In this document: piece by piece, positions 21,040 to 31,533 of the stretch
Layout: each line of letters begins with the position of its first letter
Numbering within the stretch: position 1 is the stretch's first letter
Assembly (NCBI GenBank): GCA_041310025.1
Contig: JBFYYO010000001.1
Location: forward strand, 1-62,955
Length of the DNA stretch: 62,955 bases
Direction of reading: 5' to 3'
DNA from: Syntrophobacterales bacterium
Lineage (GTDB): Bacteria > Desulfobacterota > Syntrophobacteria > Syntrophobacterales > Syntrophobacteraceae
The notes under the pieces: generated by a model
The model's input: the letters and a program-made list of their open reading frames with translations, nothing else
Told to the model about the DNA's origin: nothing
Database searches by the model: none
Made by a program: the position numbers and the translations under genes

Positions 21040-22440
21040 ATGAACGACAAGCCCTGGCAGGGGCGTTTCGACCAGCCGACCAACCGACAGGTGGAGGAAT
21101 ATACCGCCTCGATCCATTATGACAGTCGCCTCTACCGGTTCGACATCGAGGGGAGCATGGCCCACTGCCGGATGCTGAGCGAGTGCGGGATCATCTCTCA
21201 CGAAGAGGCGTCGCTCATCATTGGCGGGCTTGGAGAAATCCTCCGGGAGATCGAGCGGGGCAACTTGAGCCTGGATTCTTCCGAAGAAGACATCCACATG
21301 GCGGTCGAGCGCCGTTTGATCCAGAAGATCGGCGAGGTGGGCGGGAAGCTCCATACGGCCCGCAGCCGCAACGATCAGATCTGCCTGGATATGCGGCTCT
21401 ATATCAAGGATGTAATCCGACAGTGCCGGATGCTGCTGCTGGAAGTGCGCAAGGGCTTCATCCAGACCGCCGAAAAGTGTGTCGGTTCCGTGATGCCCGG
21501 CTTCACTCATCTGCAGCATGCGCAGCCCGTTTTGCTTTCCCATCACCTGCTCGCCTACGATGAAATGTTCCGGCGGGACGATCAGCGGATGGCTGACTGC
21601 CTCCGCAGAGCCGACGTGCTTCCGCTTGGCAGTGCGGCCCTGGCCGGGACATCCTTTCCCATCGACATGGATCTCACGGCCCGATACCTGGGTTTTCCTG
21701 AGGTAACCCGCAACTCCATCGATGCCGTAAGCGATCGTGATTATCTGATCGAGTTCAGCAGTGCCGTCGCCATTCTCATGATGCACGTGAGCCGGTTGGC
21801 GGAGGAGCTCATCCTCTGGTCAACGAGCGAGTTCGCCTTCATCGAGATCAGCGATGCCTTCTGCACGGGTTCCAGCATCATGCCCCAGAAGAAGAATCCG
21901 GATGTACCGGAGCTCATGCGGGGCAAAAGCGCAAGGGTCTTCGGCAATCTGATGACATTGCTTTCTTTGACCAAAGCTTTGCCGCTGGCCTACAACAGGG
22001 ATCTCCAGGAGGACAAGGAGCCGGTTTTCGACACGGCAGACACGGTGCTGAGCACTTTGCGGCTGCTGAGCCGGCTGCTCCCCGAGATCCGCTTCAACGA
22101 ACAGCGGATGCGCGAGATGGCCATTGAGGGCTTCACACTGGCCACGGAGCTCGCGGATTACCTGGTGCGCAAAGGCCTGCCATTCCGGAAGGCGCATCAC
22201 TTGGTGGGCCAGATCGTGCAGCATTGCATTCAAGCCCAGAAGGGGCTGCAGGACTGCACCTTGGAGGAGTTTCGAACCGTCTCCAAGTCTTTTGACTCCG
22301 ATGTTTTCACTTTCCTGGATCTCAGCAGCGCTGTGAATCACAGAACATCCCGGGGCGGTACGGCCACCTCGCGAGTCGAAGAGGCCATTGCCCGCTCCCG
22401 AGCAGAGGTTGAAGATCTCGAGCGGGAGCTGACCCGGTGA
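21040..22440 (+). CDS. argH: Argininosuccinate lyase
   Basis: ORF 20995..22440 trimmed to the ATG at 21040 (MNDKPWQGRF). Carries the fumarate-lyase signature GSSIMPQKKNP. Confidence 0.95.
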   Translation: MNDKPWQGRFDQPTNRQVEEYTASIHYDSRLYRFDIEGSMAHCRMLSECGIISHEEASLIIGGLGEILREIERGNLSLDSSEEDIHMAVERRLIQKIGEVGGKLHTARSRNDQICLDMRLYIKDVIRQCRMLLLEVRKGFIQTAEKCVGSVMPGFTHLQHAQPVLLSHHLLAYDEMFRRDDQRMADCLRRADVLPLGSAALAGTSFPIDMDLTARYLGFPEVTRNSIDAVSDRDYLIEFSSAVAILMMHVSRLAEELILWSTSEFAFIEISDAFCTGSSIMPQKKNPDVPELMRGKSARVFGNLMTLLSLTKALPLAYNRDLQEDKEPVFDTADTVLSTLRLLSRLLPEIRFNEQRMREMAIEGFTLATELADYLVRKGLPFRKAHHLVGQIVQHCIQAQKGLQDCTLEEFRTVSKSFDSDVFTFLDLSSAVNHRTSRGGTATSRVEEAIARSRAEVEDLERELTR

Positions 22441-22527
22441 GGGTCGACTGCCAGTTGAGCCGGCATCGGAAGCACCGACCACATCGACCGACCTTCGCAG
22501 ACGGTCGCGAAAAATAGAGGACATTCT

Positions 22528-23619
22528 ATGACGAGCCTATCCAATCAGAGCTGGCCCGGACTTGCTCATCGCTCATGTGCCGCTCTCCTGCTTCTGTTTG
22601 CCATTGCGGCGACTGGCTGCGCCAACAAGACTTTTCCAAAGCCCCTGTCGGAGACTGCACGTCCCGAAATCGTGGATCTGTCCGCCCGCATATTGCCGGG
22701 AGCCGTGGAGCTCAGCTGGACGGTTCCCGGGGTTGTCAAGACAACGGAGAAGGGCTCCTCCCATCGATTCCTGATCGTCAAGGCGCCGGTTCGCTGGGAG
22801 AGCAGGAATTGCCTGGAGTGTCCCGTGGAATCCCAATCGGAGGTGCTTCAGATCGACCCGGCAGCCCCACAGCCGGCTCGAAGGGCGGCGGACAGGCTCA
22901 TCTGGGAAGACTCTGCAGTTTCGAAGCAGCAGGCTTACCGTTACCAGGTCATCATCCAGGACCGCAAGGAGCGCCCCCAGTCCCAGTCCAACCCGGTCAT
23001 TGCCAAGATGATCCCGGGTCCGGGGCGCACGAGCGATCTCACCGTCAACACGCAACCCCAGGGCATTCTGCTCAAATGGAAAGCCTCCAAGAAGGATGCG
23101 GATGGCAAGCCCCTGCAGGAAGAGCTGCAGTATGTCATCGAGCGCAGAGCGGGTGGCGGCGACTGGGAGAGTATCTCTTCGGTCCCCATCCGGGCCAACA
23201 CTTTTCTGGACAAGGCCGTCGCATCTCAGCACAGTTATGATTACCGGGTTACCCCCATGATCAACTTCGAGGGAACCCTGGTGATGGGGGAGCCCGTGGT
23301 GTCTGCCAAAACCAAGGCTCCGTCCGCCGTACCCCCTCCTCCTCCCAAAACCGTTTGGACGATTCCTGCCCAGGGGGCCGTTGAAGTCAACTGGATGGAA
23401 AGTGAAGGAGTCGTCGGCGGCTACCACGTCTATCGAAAGGAAGGCAAGGAGATCACCAGGCTCACGGCAGCGCCGGTGCCCCGAGGCCCTTATGTGGACC
23501 GGGCAGTGAAGAAGAATGCCGTCTACTCCTATGCCGTATCGGCAGTCAACCCCCAGGCGCAGGAGCAGGAAGGGTTGTTGTCGAAATGGGTCGAGATTCG
23601 CAGCCTGCAGTTTGACTAG
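22528..23619 (+). CDS. Lipoprotein with three FN3/Ig-like repeats, function unknown
   Basis: Lipobox LFAIAATGC. Three repeats of about 90-100 aa each have W/Y-containing beta-sandwich patterns (VELSWTVPG, ILLKWKAS...YDYRVTP, VEVNWMES...YSYAVSAVN). Confidence 0.7.
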   Translation: MTSLSNQSWPGLAHRSCAALLLLFAIAATGCANKTFPKPLSETARPEIVDLSARILPGAVELSWTVPGVVKTTEKGSSHRFLIVKAPVRWESRNCLECPVESQSEVLQIDPAAPQPARRAADRLIWEDSAVSKQQAYRYQVIIQDRKERPQSQSNPVIAKMIPGPGRTSDLTVNTQPQGILLKWKASKKDADGKPLQEELQYVIERRAGGGDWESISSVPIRANTFLDKAVASQHSYDYRVTPMINFEGTLVMGEPVVSAKTKAPSAVPPPPPKTVWTIPAQGAVEVNWMESEGVVGGYHVYRKEGKEITRLTAAPVPRGPYVDRAVKKNAVYSYAVSAVNPQAQEQEGLLSKWVEIRSLQFD

Positions 23620-23646
23620 AACTCAAGGAGACAGAAGAGACCCCGC

Positions 23647-24900
23647 ATGCATTACTTCCGTTTCGATCAGGATGAGCTCCATTGCGAGAAAGTTCCGCTG
23701 AGAAAGGTGGCGGACGAGGTGGGAACGCCCTGCTACGTCTACAGCCATGCCACCTTGAAGCACCATTTCCGCGTTTTCGACGAGGCCTTCTCCAAGGTGC
23801 CGCACCTCACCTGCTTTGCCATGAAGGCCAATTCGAACCTCGCCATCCTGAATCTCTTCGGGTCATTGGGCGGCGGAGTGGACATCGTCTCCGGCGGAGA
23901 GCTTTTTCGCGCCCGCAGGGCGGGGATTCCTGCGGACCGGATCGTGTATTCGGGGGTCGGCAAGACCCTTGAGGAGATCGACTACGCCCTCAAGGAAGAC
24001 ATCCTCATGTTCAACATCGAGTCGGAGCTCGAGCTGGAGGCCATCAACACGAGGGCCGGGGAGCTGGGCACCCGGGCCCGGATCGCACTTCGGGTGAATC
24101 CCGATGTGGATCCAAAAACGCATCCCTACATCTCGACCGGCCTCAAAAAGACCAAATTCGGTATCGATATCGAAGGCGCCATCCACTCCTACAGGAGAGC
24201 GATGGAACTGGATCACGTTGAGATTCTTGGCGTGGACTGCCACATTGGAAGCCAGCTGACGGACATATCCCCCTTCGTGGATGCGCTCAAACGACTGCGG
24301 GTCCTCATCGAGCGGCTGGAGGCAACAGGGATTCCCGTGCGCTACCTGGATATCGGGGGAGGTCTCGGAATCGTCTACGACCAGGAGTCCCCTCCCCATC
24401 CCCATGAATACGCGGAGGCCATTCTGAAGGAGCTCGAGGGGCTTTCCTGTACCTTGATTTTCGAGCCCGGCCGCGTTATCGTCGGCAACGCTGGGATTCT
24501 GCTGACCCGCGTTCTTTACACCAAGAAATCCGCCAGCAAAGACTTTGTCATTGTGGATGCCGGGATGAATGATCTGGTGAGGCCAAGCCTGTATGGATCG
24601 TATCATCAGATTCTTCCGGTGGTGAAGAGTGACCGGGAAATGCAGGTGGTGGACGTCGTCGGGCCCATTTGTGAGTCGGGAGATTTTCTGGCGCGGGAGC
24701 GGGGGCTTCCCACGGTGCAGCCCGGGGATTGCCTGGCCGTCATGAGCGCGGGAGCCTATGGCTTCACCATGTCCTCCAACTACAACTCGCGCCCGAGAGC
24801 CAGTGAAGTCCTGGTCAAGGACGACCAGTATTTCGTCATCCGCGAGCGCGAGACTCATGAGGATCTGGTGCGCGGAGAATGGATCCCGGAGCTGGCGTGA
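23647..24900 (+). CDS. lysA: Diaminopimelate decarboxylase
   Basis: PLP-lysine motif CFAMKANSN, plus GGGLGI and CESGD motifs. Confidence 0.95.
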   Translation: MHYFRFDQDELHCEKVPLRKVADEVGTPCYVYSHATLKHHFRVFDEAFSKVPHLTCFAMKANSNLAILNLFGSLGGGVDIVSGGELFRARRAGIPADRIVYSGVGKTLEEIDYALKEDILMFNIESELELEAINTRAGELGTRARIALRVNPDVDPKTHPYISTGLKKTKFGIDIEGAIHSYRRAMELDHVEILGVDCHIGSQLTDISPFVDALKRLRVLIERLEATGIPVRYLDIGGGLGIVYDQESPPHPHEYAEAILKELEGLSCTLIFEPGRVIVGNAGILLTRVLYTKKSASKDFVIVDAGMNDLVRPSLYGSYHQILPVVKSDREMQVVDVVGPICESGDFLARERGLPTVQPGDCLAVMSAGAYGFTMSSNYNSRPRASEVLVKDDQYFVIRERETHEDLVRGEWIPELA

Positions 24901-25243
24901 TCGGGTGAGGCATCACCTGATCCGTTGCTCGAAACCAAAGACGACCGCTTCATTTCCGGCGAGTCCCTTGCGGGTCGAGAATTCGTACCCTGAAGACGGC
25001 GGCATTTCAGAGCCTGTTCTGGGATTCTTTATTGGCACTTGAATGGCGGGCACGGGCGTGGATGAGCCCCGCCCCTGAGGCTATTCATGCGGGCCGACTC
25101 GTAGGGATGGGGTTCATCGCCGCCCGAAACGGGGCATCATCGGAAATCCCAAAACGGGCTTTTCAGTGCGAGTCCGATATGAACATCTATTCTTGGCGTG
25201 GCTTTGGGACGTTCGCAGAGCGTGCTGGAGGATGAGCTCCCCT

Positions 25244-26113
25244 ATGGATAACGCTGGTTGGAACCGGATCCCTTTCTTCAAAATGACGGGCAGTGGCAAT
25301 GATTTCATCCTCATTGACAATCGCTCCCTGAGGATTGCCGGAGAGGAGAGGCAGAGGGAGCTTGCCCGAAAAGCCTGTCGCAGCAAGCTCTCCGTCGGTG
25401 CGGATGGTTTGATCCTCCTCGAAGACGACTCGGAAGTGGACTTCCAGTGGCGGTTCTACAATGCCGACGGCAGTGTCGCCGAGATGTGCGGCAATGGTGC
25501 GCGCTGTGCGGCACGATTCGCTCTTCTAGCTGGAATCACTGGAAAAACCCAGATGGCTTTCAGGACCTTGGCGGGCGTCATTGAAGCGGAGCTCCGGGGT
25601 GAGCGCGTCAAGATTCGCACGACGCCTCCTCGGGGATTGAAGACCCGCTTTGAGCTGGAGGCCGCCCAACGATCGTTCGTCCTCGATTTCGTGAACACGG
25701 GGGTGCCGCACACGGTTCATTTCCTGGAGACGGCCGTCGCCCTTGAAGAGGCCAACATAGCGGAATGGGGGCGGGCGCTCCGCTTCCATCCGCACTTTCA
25801 GCCTGCCGGCAGCAACGTGAACTTCGTTCATGTTCGAGACGCACATGACCTGAGCATTCGCACGTATGAGCGCGGAGTGGAGGGAGAAACCCTCGCCTGC
25901 GGGACGGGCTCCATTGCTTCAGCCCTTGTGGCCGCGGCGCGAGGATGGGCGGAATCCCCGGTGGGTGTCCTGACGAGGAGTGGGGAGACCTTGACGATCT
26001 ATTTCACCCACACCCCGGGAGAGCTGGATTCACCGTTTTCAGAGGTCTGTCTTGAAGGCGACGCTCGTGTGGTTTACGAAGCGGAGCTCTGGGATGAAAC
26101 TCTTAGAGACTAG
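25244..26113 (+). CDS. dapF: Diaminopimelate epimerase
   Basis: Catalytic cysteines lie in MCGNGARC and LACGTGS. The N-terminal pattern is FFKMTGSGNDFILID. The start is ambiguous: ATGs at 25232 and 25244 both follow a GGAGG. Confidence 0.9.
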   Translation: MDNAGWNRIPFFKMTGSGNDFILIDNRSLRIAGEERQRELARKACRSKLSVGADGLILLEDDSEVDFQWRFYNADGSVAEMCGNGARCAARFALLAGITGKTQMAFRTLAGVIEAELRGERVKIRTTPPRGLKTRFELEAAQRSFVLDFVNTGVPHTVHFLETAVALEEANIAEWGRALRFHPHFQPAGSNVNFVHVRDAHDLSIRTYERGVEGETLACGTGSIASALVAAARGWAESPVGVLTRSGETLTIYFTHTPGELDSPFSEVCLEGDARVVYEAELWDETLRD

Positions 26114-26123
26114 GGAGGGAATC

Positions 26124-26999
26124 ATGTTTCGAGGGGCTATGGTGGCCATTGTGACACCGTTCAAAGGCGGTCAGGTGGACGAAGCGGCGTTGCGCGATCT
26201 GATCGAGTTCCAGGTCGCCAATGGAACCCACGGGATTGTCCCTTGCGGCACCACTGGGGAATCCGCGACGCTCTCGTTTCAAGAGCATGAACGGGTGGTG
26301 GAGATCACCGTCGAGCAGGTGAATAAGCGCCTTCCGGTCATTGCCGGAACGGGCTCCAACAACACGGTTGAAGCGGTGCGACTGACGAAGCATGCCAAAG
26401 CCGCCGGCGCCGACGGGGCGCTCATGATCAGCCCTTACTACAACAAGCCCACCCAGGAAGGCCTCTATCAGCATTTCAGAAAGGTGGCGGAGTCCGTGGA
26501 CATTCCCATCATCCTCTACAACATCCCGGGGCGGACGGCGGTCAACATGGAGCCGGACACCATCGCGCGCCTGGCCAAGATCGACAACATCGTCGGCGTG
26601 AAGGAGGCTTCGGGCAGCATGAAGCAGATCACGGACATCATTGCGCGGTGCAGCGATGATTTCTCCGTGGTTTCGGGTGAGGATTTCCTGACCTTCCCGC
26701 TGCTTTGTGTGGGGGGCAAAGGGGTCATCTCCGTGACGTCGAATATCGCGCCCAAGGATATGGCCGACCTCTGCAACCTCTACTTCGACGGCAAGTTCGC
26801 CGAAGCTCGGAAGCTTTACTATCGCCTGCTCCCGCTCTGCCACGCGCTGTTCTATGAGACCAACCCGGCTCCGGTCAAGGCCGCTCTGGCCATGATGAAC
26901 AAGATCAAGAGCGACGAAGTGAGGCTGCCGCTCGCAGCCATGTCCGAGGCCAACAAGGAGCGCCTGAAAAGAGACCTGCAGGCCTATGGGCTTCTTTGA
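26124..26999 (+). CDS. dapA: 4-hydroxy-tetrahydrodipicolinate synthase
   Basis: Trimmed to the ATG at 26124, which follows GGGAGGGA. Shows the GTTGES motif and the Schiff-base lysine in VGVKEASG. Confidence 0.95.
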   Translation: MFRGAMVAIVTPFKGGQVDEAALRDLIEFQVANGTHGIVPCGTTGESATLSFQEHERVVEITVEQVNKRLPVIAGTGSNNTVEAVRLTKHAKAAGADGALMISPYYNKPTQEGLYQHFRKVAESVDIPIILYNIPGRTAVNMEPDTIARLAKIDNIVGVKEASGSMKQITDIIARCSDDFSVVSGEDFLTFPLLCVGGKGVISVTSNIAPKDMADLCNLYFDGKFAEARKLYYRLLPLCHALFYETNPAPVKAALAMMNKIKSDEVRLPLAAMSEANKERLKRDLQAYGLL

Positions 27000-27032
27000 T
27001 TCTCGGCAAGACCACCGGAAGGAGAAGGCAAG

Positions 27033-27836
27033 ATGATCAAAGTCGCTGTGGCGGGGATTGCCGGGCGTATGGGCTCGCGCATCGCTCAACTCGTTTGGGA
27101 GACGGATGGCATTGAACTGGCCGCTGGCTTTGAGCAGCCGGGTCATGCATCTGTGGGGCGCGATCTGGCCGAGTGTATCGGCGGCTCGCCAACCGGCCTT
27201 ACCGTAGCAGGCTCAGTGAAGGAAGTTTTGGGCAATGCCGACGTGGTCATCGACTTCACCAGCGCCTCGGCTTCCTGCGGCCACTTGGAGGCAGCCGCCG
27301 CCGCCGGCAAATCCATGGTCATCGGTTCCACGGGTTTTTCCGCCGAGCAGGTTCAGAAGGCCAGGGAGCTGACCCGGGATATCGCCTGTGTTTTGGCTCC
27401 CAACATGAGCATGGGAGTCAATGTGCTGTTCAAGATCGTGGCCGATGTGGCCAGGATGCTTGGAGACGGCTTCGATATCGAAATCGTGGAGGCTCACCAT
27501 CGATTCAAGAAAGACGCTCCGAGCGGGACAGCCTTGAAGCTGGCACAGGTGGCCGCGGAAGCGCTCGAGCGCGACCTGGATCAGGTGGGGGTGTATGCGC
27601 GGCATGGGCTCATCGGCGAGAGAACGCAGACGGAGATCGGCATCCAGACCGTCCGGGCGGGGGACATCGTGGGCGAGCACACGGTGACCTTCGGGGGGAT
27701 GGGGGAGAGGATTGAGCTGACGCATCGGGCTCACAGTCGGGAGAATTTTGCACGCGGTGCTCTCAGGGCTGCCGCGTGGGTGGTCAGTCAGCCGCCGGGC
27801 CTGTACGACATGCAGAATGTCCTCGGCATCAGGTGA
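27033..27836 (+). CDS. dapB: 4-hydroxy-tetrahydrodipicolinate reductase
   Basis: N-terminal Rossmann motif VAGIAGRMG and the signature EAHHRFKKDAPSGTA. Confidence 0.95.
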   Translation: MIKVAVAGIAGRMGSRIAQLVWETDGIELAAGFEQPGHASVGRDLAECIGGSPTGLTVAGSVKEVLGNADVVIDFTSASASCGHLEAAAAAGKSMVIGSTGFSAEQVQKARELTRDIACVLAPNMSMGVNVLFKIVADVARMLGDGFDIEIVEAHHRFKKDAPSGTALKLAQVAAEALERDLDQVGVYARHGLIGERTQTEIGIQTVRAGDIVGEHTVTFGGMGERIELTHRAHSRENFARGALRAAAWVVSQPPGLYDMQNVLGIR

Positions 27837-27977
27837 GAGCCCGGTTTGACATTGTGGCAGATCACGGTTCGATACGGCATCTCAACACGATTGTGAGACC
27901 GAATGAATGGTCACCTCATGTGGTGTGGACGTGCAGTTAGGACCTCGCTTCGGCCGATGGAGCGCCCTCCGGAGCTG

Positions 27978-28002
27978 AACTTGAAACTTGAAACTTGAAA
28001 CC
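27978..28002. repeat. Tandem heptamer (AACTTGA) x3.5 immediately upstream of dapL
   Basis: ctgAACTTGAAACTTGAAACTTGAAACCtcg. It ends 20 nt before the preferred dapL ATG. Confidence 0.9.
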
Positions 28003-28021
28003 TCGATCTATGGAGAAATGG

Positions 28022-29188
28022 ATGGGATTCGAAAAGGCTGAACGACTGCGACGGCTTCCCCCTTACCTCTTTCAGGAAATTGACCGCCTCAAGGCCGAGC
28101 TCACCGCCAGGGGCGTCGATGTCATCAATCTGGGCGTGGGTGACCCCGATCTTCCCACACCCAAGCACATCATCGAGTCCCTGCAGCGTACCGCCGAGGA
28201 TCCTGTCAATCACCAGTATCCCTCCTACTCGGGCATGAACGACTTCAAAGGGAGTGTTGCCCGCTGGTATAGGAGCCGCTTCGGTGTGGATCTGGACCCG
28301 GAAAAGGAGGTGCTGACGCTCATCGGATCCAAGGAAGGCATCGCGCACCTTCCACTGGCCTGCATCAATCCGGGGGATGTGGCTCTGGTCCCCTCACCGG
28401 CCTATCCGGTCTACGACATCGCCACCATGTTTGCCGGGGGTGAGAGCCATTTCATGCCCCTGCTGCACAAGAACGGCTTCCTGCCCGACCTGGACGCCAT
28501 TCCTGCGGAAACAGCCCGAAGAGCCAGGGTCATGTTCATCAACTACCCCAACAATCCCACGGGCGCCACTGCCGACAAGGGCTTTTTCGAGAAGGTTGTG
28601 GAGTTCGGTCGCGAAAATGACATCATGATCTGCCATGATGCCGCCTACACCGAGATGGGCTTTGACGGTTATCGGCCCATGAGCTTCCTGGAGGTGGACG
28701 GAGCCAAAGAGGTGGGTATTGAGTTTCACTCACTGTCCAAAACCTACAATATGACGGGCTGGCGTCTTGGCTTTGCCGTCGGGAATGCCGACGTGATCGG
28801 CGCTCTGGGGCAGGTGAAGAGCAACATCGATTCGGGAGCGTTCAACGCCGTCCAGTGGGCCGGCATCACCGCATTGGAGAGCGACCAGCAGTGCGTGGCG
28901 GAGATGCAGCAGATCTATCAGGAGCGCCGGGACATCCTCATCGACGGACTGAAGAGCGCCAACCTGAATCCTACGCCGCCCAAGGCAACCTTCTACGTCT
29001 GGTGCCCGACTCCACCAGGGTACACATCCAAGGCTTTCTCCTCGCTTCTGCTCAAAGAGGCGGGGATCGTGACCACCCCGGGCAGCGGGTTCGGGGAACC
29101 GGGTGAAGGTTACATTCGCATGGCGCTGACGGTGAACAAGGAGCGAATCCGGGAGGCTGTCGAGCGGATCAAGAAGCTTGCCTTTTAG
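28022..29188 (+). CDS. dapL: LL-diaminopimelate aminotransferase (class I/II aminotransferase; DapL assigned from context)
   Basis: N-terminal [10 protein letters not shown] and the PLP-lysine motif [14 protein letters not shown]. It follows lysA-dapF-dapA-dapB, and no dapD/dapC/dapE genes are present in the window. Start chosen at 28022 (GGAGA 5 nt upstream); an alternative ATG lies at 28010. Confidence 0.8.
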   Translation: MGFEKAERLRRLPPYLFQEIDRLKAELTARGVDVINLGVGDPDLPTPKHIIESLQRTAEDPVNHQYPSYSGMNDFKGSVARWYRSRFGVDLDPEKEVLTLIGSKEGIAHLPLACINPGDVALVPSPAYPVYDIATMFAGGESHFMPLLHKNGFLPDLDAIPAETARRARVMFINYPNNPTGATADKGFFEKVVEFGRENDIMICHDAAYTEMGFDGYRPMSFLEVDGAKEVGIEFHSLSKTYNMTGWRLGFAVGNADVIGALGQVKSNIDSGAFNAVQWAGITALESDQQCVAEMQQIYQERRDILIDGLKSANLNPTPPKATFYVWCPTPPGYTSKAFSSLLLKEAGIVTTPGSGFGEPGEGYIRMALTVNKERIREAVERIKKLAF

Positions 29189-29229
29189 CCCGGGCTCCCT
29201 TTTTCATCATTTTTGCCGATGAGGCCAAC

Positions 29230-29787
29230 ATGAAGTGTCAGGCTCCTGCAAATGCAGCCTTGGATCTGATAGGTGAAGAGCAGTCCGGCATGAATTTGGT
29301 CCTGATTGGCATTGGAGCCAACCTGGGCGATCCCGTGGACTCCATTCGCGAGGCCGTCGAGAAGCTGCGGGAGAATCCCCGCATCACGCTCCTGCGTTGC
29401 TCTTCCCTTTACCGCACCGAACCGGTGGGAAAAGCCGAGCAGGATTGGTTCGTCAACGGGGTGATCCAATGCGGGACATCCCTGGAACCGGAGCAGTTGC
29501 TCCTGGAGCTGCAGGCGATCGAGCACAAATTTGGACGGGTTCGTCGCGAACGTTGGGGGCCCCGGACCCTGGATCTGGACATCCTCGCCTTCGATGAACG
29601 GATCCTGGAACGAGAAGGCCTGACGATACCGCACCCGAGGCTTCACGAAAGAAGATTTGTGCTGATCCCGCTCCATGAAATCCTCCCTCACTGGAGACAC
29701 CCGCGCCTCCGTCGCACGTGCCATGAGCTGTTGCAGGATCTGGGCGGCGAACGGGGACAGAGGGTGGAGCTTTTGGTGGCCGTATGA
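29230..29787 (+). CDS. folK: 2-amino-4-hydroxy-6-hydroxymethyldihydropteridine diphosphokinase
   Basis: IGIGANLGDP, YRTEPVG, RWGPRTLDLDIL and HPRLHERRFVL motifs. An alternative start at 29290 (MNLVLIG...) would give the canonical length. Confidence 0.85.
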   Translation: MKCQAPANAALDLIGEEQSGMNLVLIGIGANLGDPVDSIREAVEKLRENPRITLLRCSSLYRTEPVGKAEQDWFVNGVIQCGTSLEPEQLLLELQAIEHKFGRVRRERWGPRTLDLDILAFDERILEREGLTIPHPRLHERRFVLIPLHEILPHWRHPRLRRTCHELLQDLGGERGQRVELLVAV

Positions 29788-30044
29788 TTCGACTTCTTTT
29801 GTATGGTTTCATCATTTATGTTGTATATCGCTTCTTGAAGTCCTGGGCGAAATCCCTCACGGGACCGGACGGGAACATTGACGGCATAACCAAGTCCGAT
29901 AACACCGAGCTGATCAGGGATCCTCAGTGTGGCACTTACTTTTTGCGGCAGCAGGGGGTTGAAGCGAGAGTGGATGGTCAGAAGCTCTTCTTCTGCAGTG
30001 AACAGTGCCGAGACACCTACTTGCGCGAGCACAGGCTTTCATGA
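29784..30044 (+). CDS. Small membrane-anchored protein with a TRASH-type cysteine motif
   Basis: 86 aa with an N-terminal TM segment (LLLYGFIIYVVYRF). The C-terminus reads CGTYF...(21 aa)...CSEQC, which fits C-x(19-22)-C-x3-C. Its ATG overlaps the folK stop (ATGA at 29784-29787). Confidence 0.6.
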   Translation: MIRLLLYGFIIYVVYRFLKSWAKSLTGPDGNIDGITKSDNTELIRDPQCGTYFLRQQGVEARVDGQKLFFCSEQCRDTYLREHRLS

Positions 30045-30070
30045 ATCTTTGAATCTATGGAGGTTTCTCT

Positions 30071-30736
30071 TTGAAGTTCTTCATCGACACGGCCAACCTG
30101 AGTGAGATTCGGGAGGCGCACAGTCTCGGAGTGCTGGATGGCGTGACCACGAACCCGACGCTCATCGCCAGGGAAAACATCTCAACGCGAAGTGCCTTTG
30201 AAAAGCACATCAAGACGATTTGTGAGATCGTCGAAGGGCCCGTGAGTGCTGAATGCGTCAGCTCGTCGGCAGAGGAGCTCATCGCCGAGGCACGCACGCT
30301 CGCCGCCATCGATCCTCACGTCGTGGTGAAGATACCCATGACGACGGACGGCATGAAGGCGGTTCACCGGCTGTCGGAGGAAGGGATCAAGACCAACGTC
30401 ACCCTTGTGTTTTCGCCCCTTCAGGGACTCATGGCAGCAAAGGCCGGAGCCACCTACGTCAGTCCGTTTGTCGGGCGCCTCGATGATATCAGCCACGAGG
30501 GCATGCAGGTTGTGGAGGAGCTGCTGGATGTCTTCTCCAATTACCTTTTCGAAACGGAAATCATCGTCGCCAGCATTCGCAACCCACTTCATGTATTGGC
30601 GGCGGCCAAATTGGGAGCGGATATTGCTACAATACCTTTCAAGGTGATCGACCAGCTCGCCAGGCACCCTCTGACGGATGCAGGCATTCGCAGCTTCCTG
30701 GACGACTGGCAGAAGGTTGAAAAGACGCTGAAGTAG
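30071..30736 (+). CDS. Transaldolase / fructose-6-phosphate aldolase (short type 3B)
   Basis: TTG start 7 nt after GGAGG. N-terminus [10 protein letters not shown], with GVTTNPTL and the Schiff-base lysine in VVVKIPMT. Confidence 0.9.
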   Translation: MKFFIDTANLSEIREAHSLGVLDGVTTNPTLIARENISTRSAFEKHIKTICEIVEGPVSAECVSSSAEELIAEARTLAAIDPHVVVKIPMTTDGMKAVHRLSEEGIKTNVTLVFSPLQGLMAAKAGATYVSPFVGRLDDISHEGMQVVEELLDVFSNYLFETEIIVASIRNPLHVLAAAKLGADIATIPFKVIDQLARHPLTDAGIRSFLDDWQKVEKTLK

Positions 30737-30885
30737 GAACAGGTGGGGCGGTTCCATGCTCACGTCCGGACTCGGTCGGGTGGAGTCTGTGGAGATTGGA
30801 TCGGACCTGATGGTTTGAGCGATCAGGGGCGTGTCCGGAGCCGCCGGAATGCAACGCGCGCCACTCCTAAGGATGAGGCTAAGCT

Positions 30886-31533
30886 ATGATCGAGACGGCT
30901 GACTTGATCAATAGGGTGACAACGGGTGCATTGATCGTTTTTTGCTTTTGCCTTGTGCTGCCGCCACAGTCACGCGGAGAGATCTACAAGTATGAAGACC
31001 GTGACGGCGTCATCCACTTTACGAACATACCCGTGCAGTCGGATGCCAAGAAGATCGTCCCGGTGCGTAAGCTCATCGTTGCGAAGCCGGGTTCGTTGCG
31101 CGTGTCGCCGGCAAGGTTCATCCCCTCTCTCGACTCATGTACCAATCAGAACCAGTTCGAGCCGCACATTCGGCTGACATGTCTGCGTCACGGACTTGAC
31201 TCGAACCTGGTCAAGGCGGTGATTCGAGCCGAATCAGGATTCAACGCCAGCGCCGTCTCCCCGAAGGGGGCCATGGGACTGATGCAGCTCATGCCGGGCA
31301 CATCCCGCGACCTGGGCGTTTTGAACCCCTTCGATCCGCTGGAGAACATCGACGGTGGCTCCCGCTACCTGCGCCTGATGCTGAACCGGTTCAACAACGA
31401 CCTTCAGCTCGCTCTGGCAGCATACAATGCGGGACCCGAGGCGGTGGCCAAACACGGCGGCATTCCGCCGTACGACGAAACGCAGGTCTACGTCCAAAGA
31501 GTTCTTGAATTCTATCAGAGATACAGCCGCTGA
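30886..31533 (+). CDS. Lytic transglycosylase (SLT domain) with a DUF4124-like N-terminal module
   Basis: Signal/TM segment, then [17 protein letters not shown], then the SLT catalytic region [24 protein letters not shown]...AYNAGP. Confidence 0.85.
   Translation: MIETADLINRVTTGALIVFCFCLVLPPQSRGEIYKYEDRDGVIHFTNIPVQSDAKKIVPVRKLIVAKPGSLRVSPARFIPSLDSCTNQNQFEPHIRLTCLRHGLDSNLVKAVIRAESGFNASAVSPKGAMGLMQLMPGTSRDLGVLNPFDPLENIDGGSRYLRLMLNRFNNDLQLALAAYNAGPEAVAKHGGIPPYDETQVYVQRVLEFYQRYSR

Noticed and set aside
25033-25047. Sigma54-type promoters: TGGCAC-N5-TGGC upstream of dapF, and TGGCACGGGCTGAGC at 10958-10972.
   Set aside because: The -12 elements deviate from TTGC. The 10958 site faces no downstream gene (convergent region), and no enhancer-binding protein gene is nearby. 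The GG-N10-GC spacing alone is weak evidence.
27978-28002. Short tandem repeats (27978, 12485, 62611, 16669) as a CRISPR or minisatellite array.
   Set aside because: The units are 6-8 nt with no spacers, total lengths are under 30 nt, and there are no cas genes. They are too small for CRISPR.
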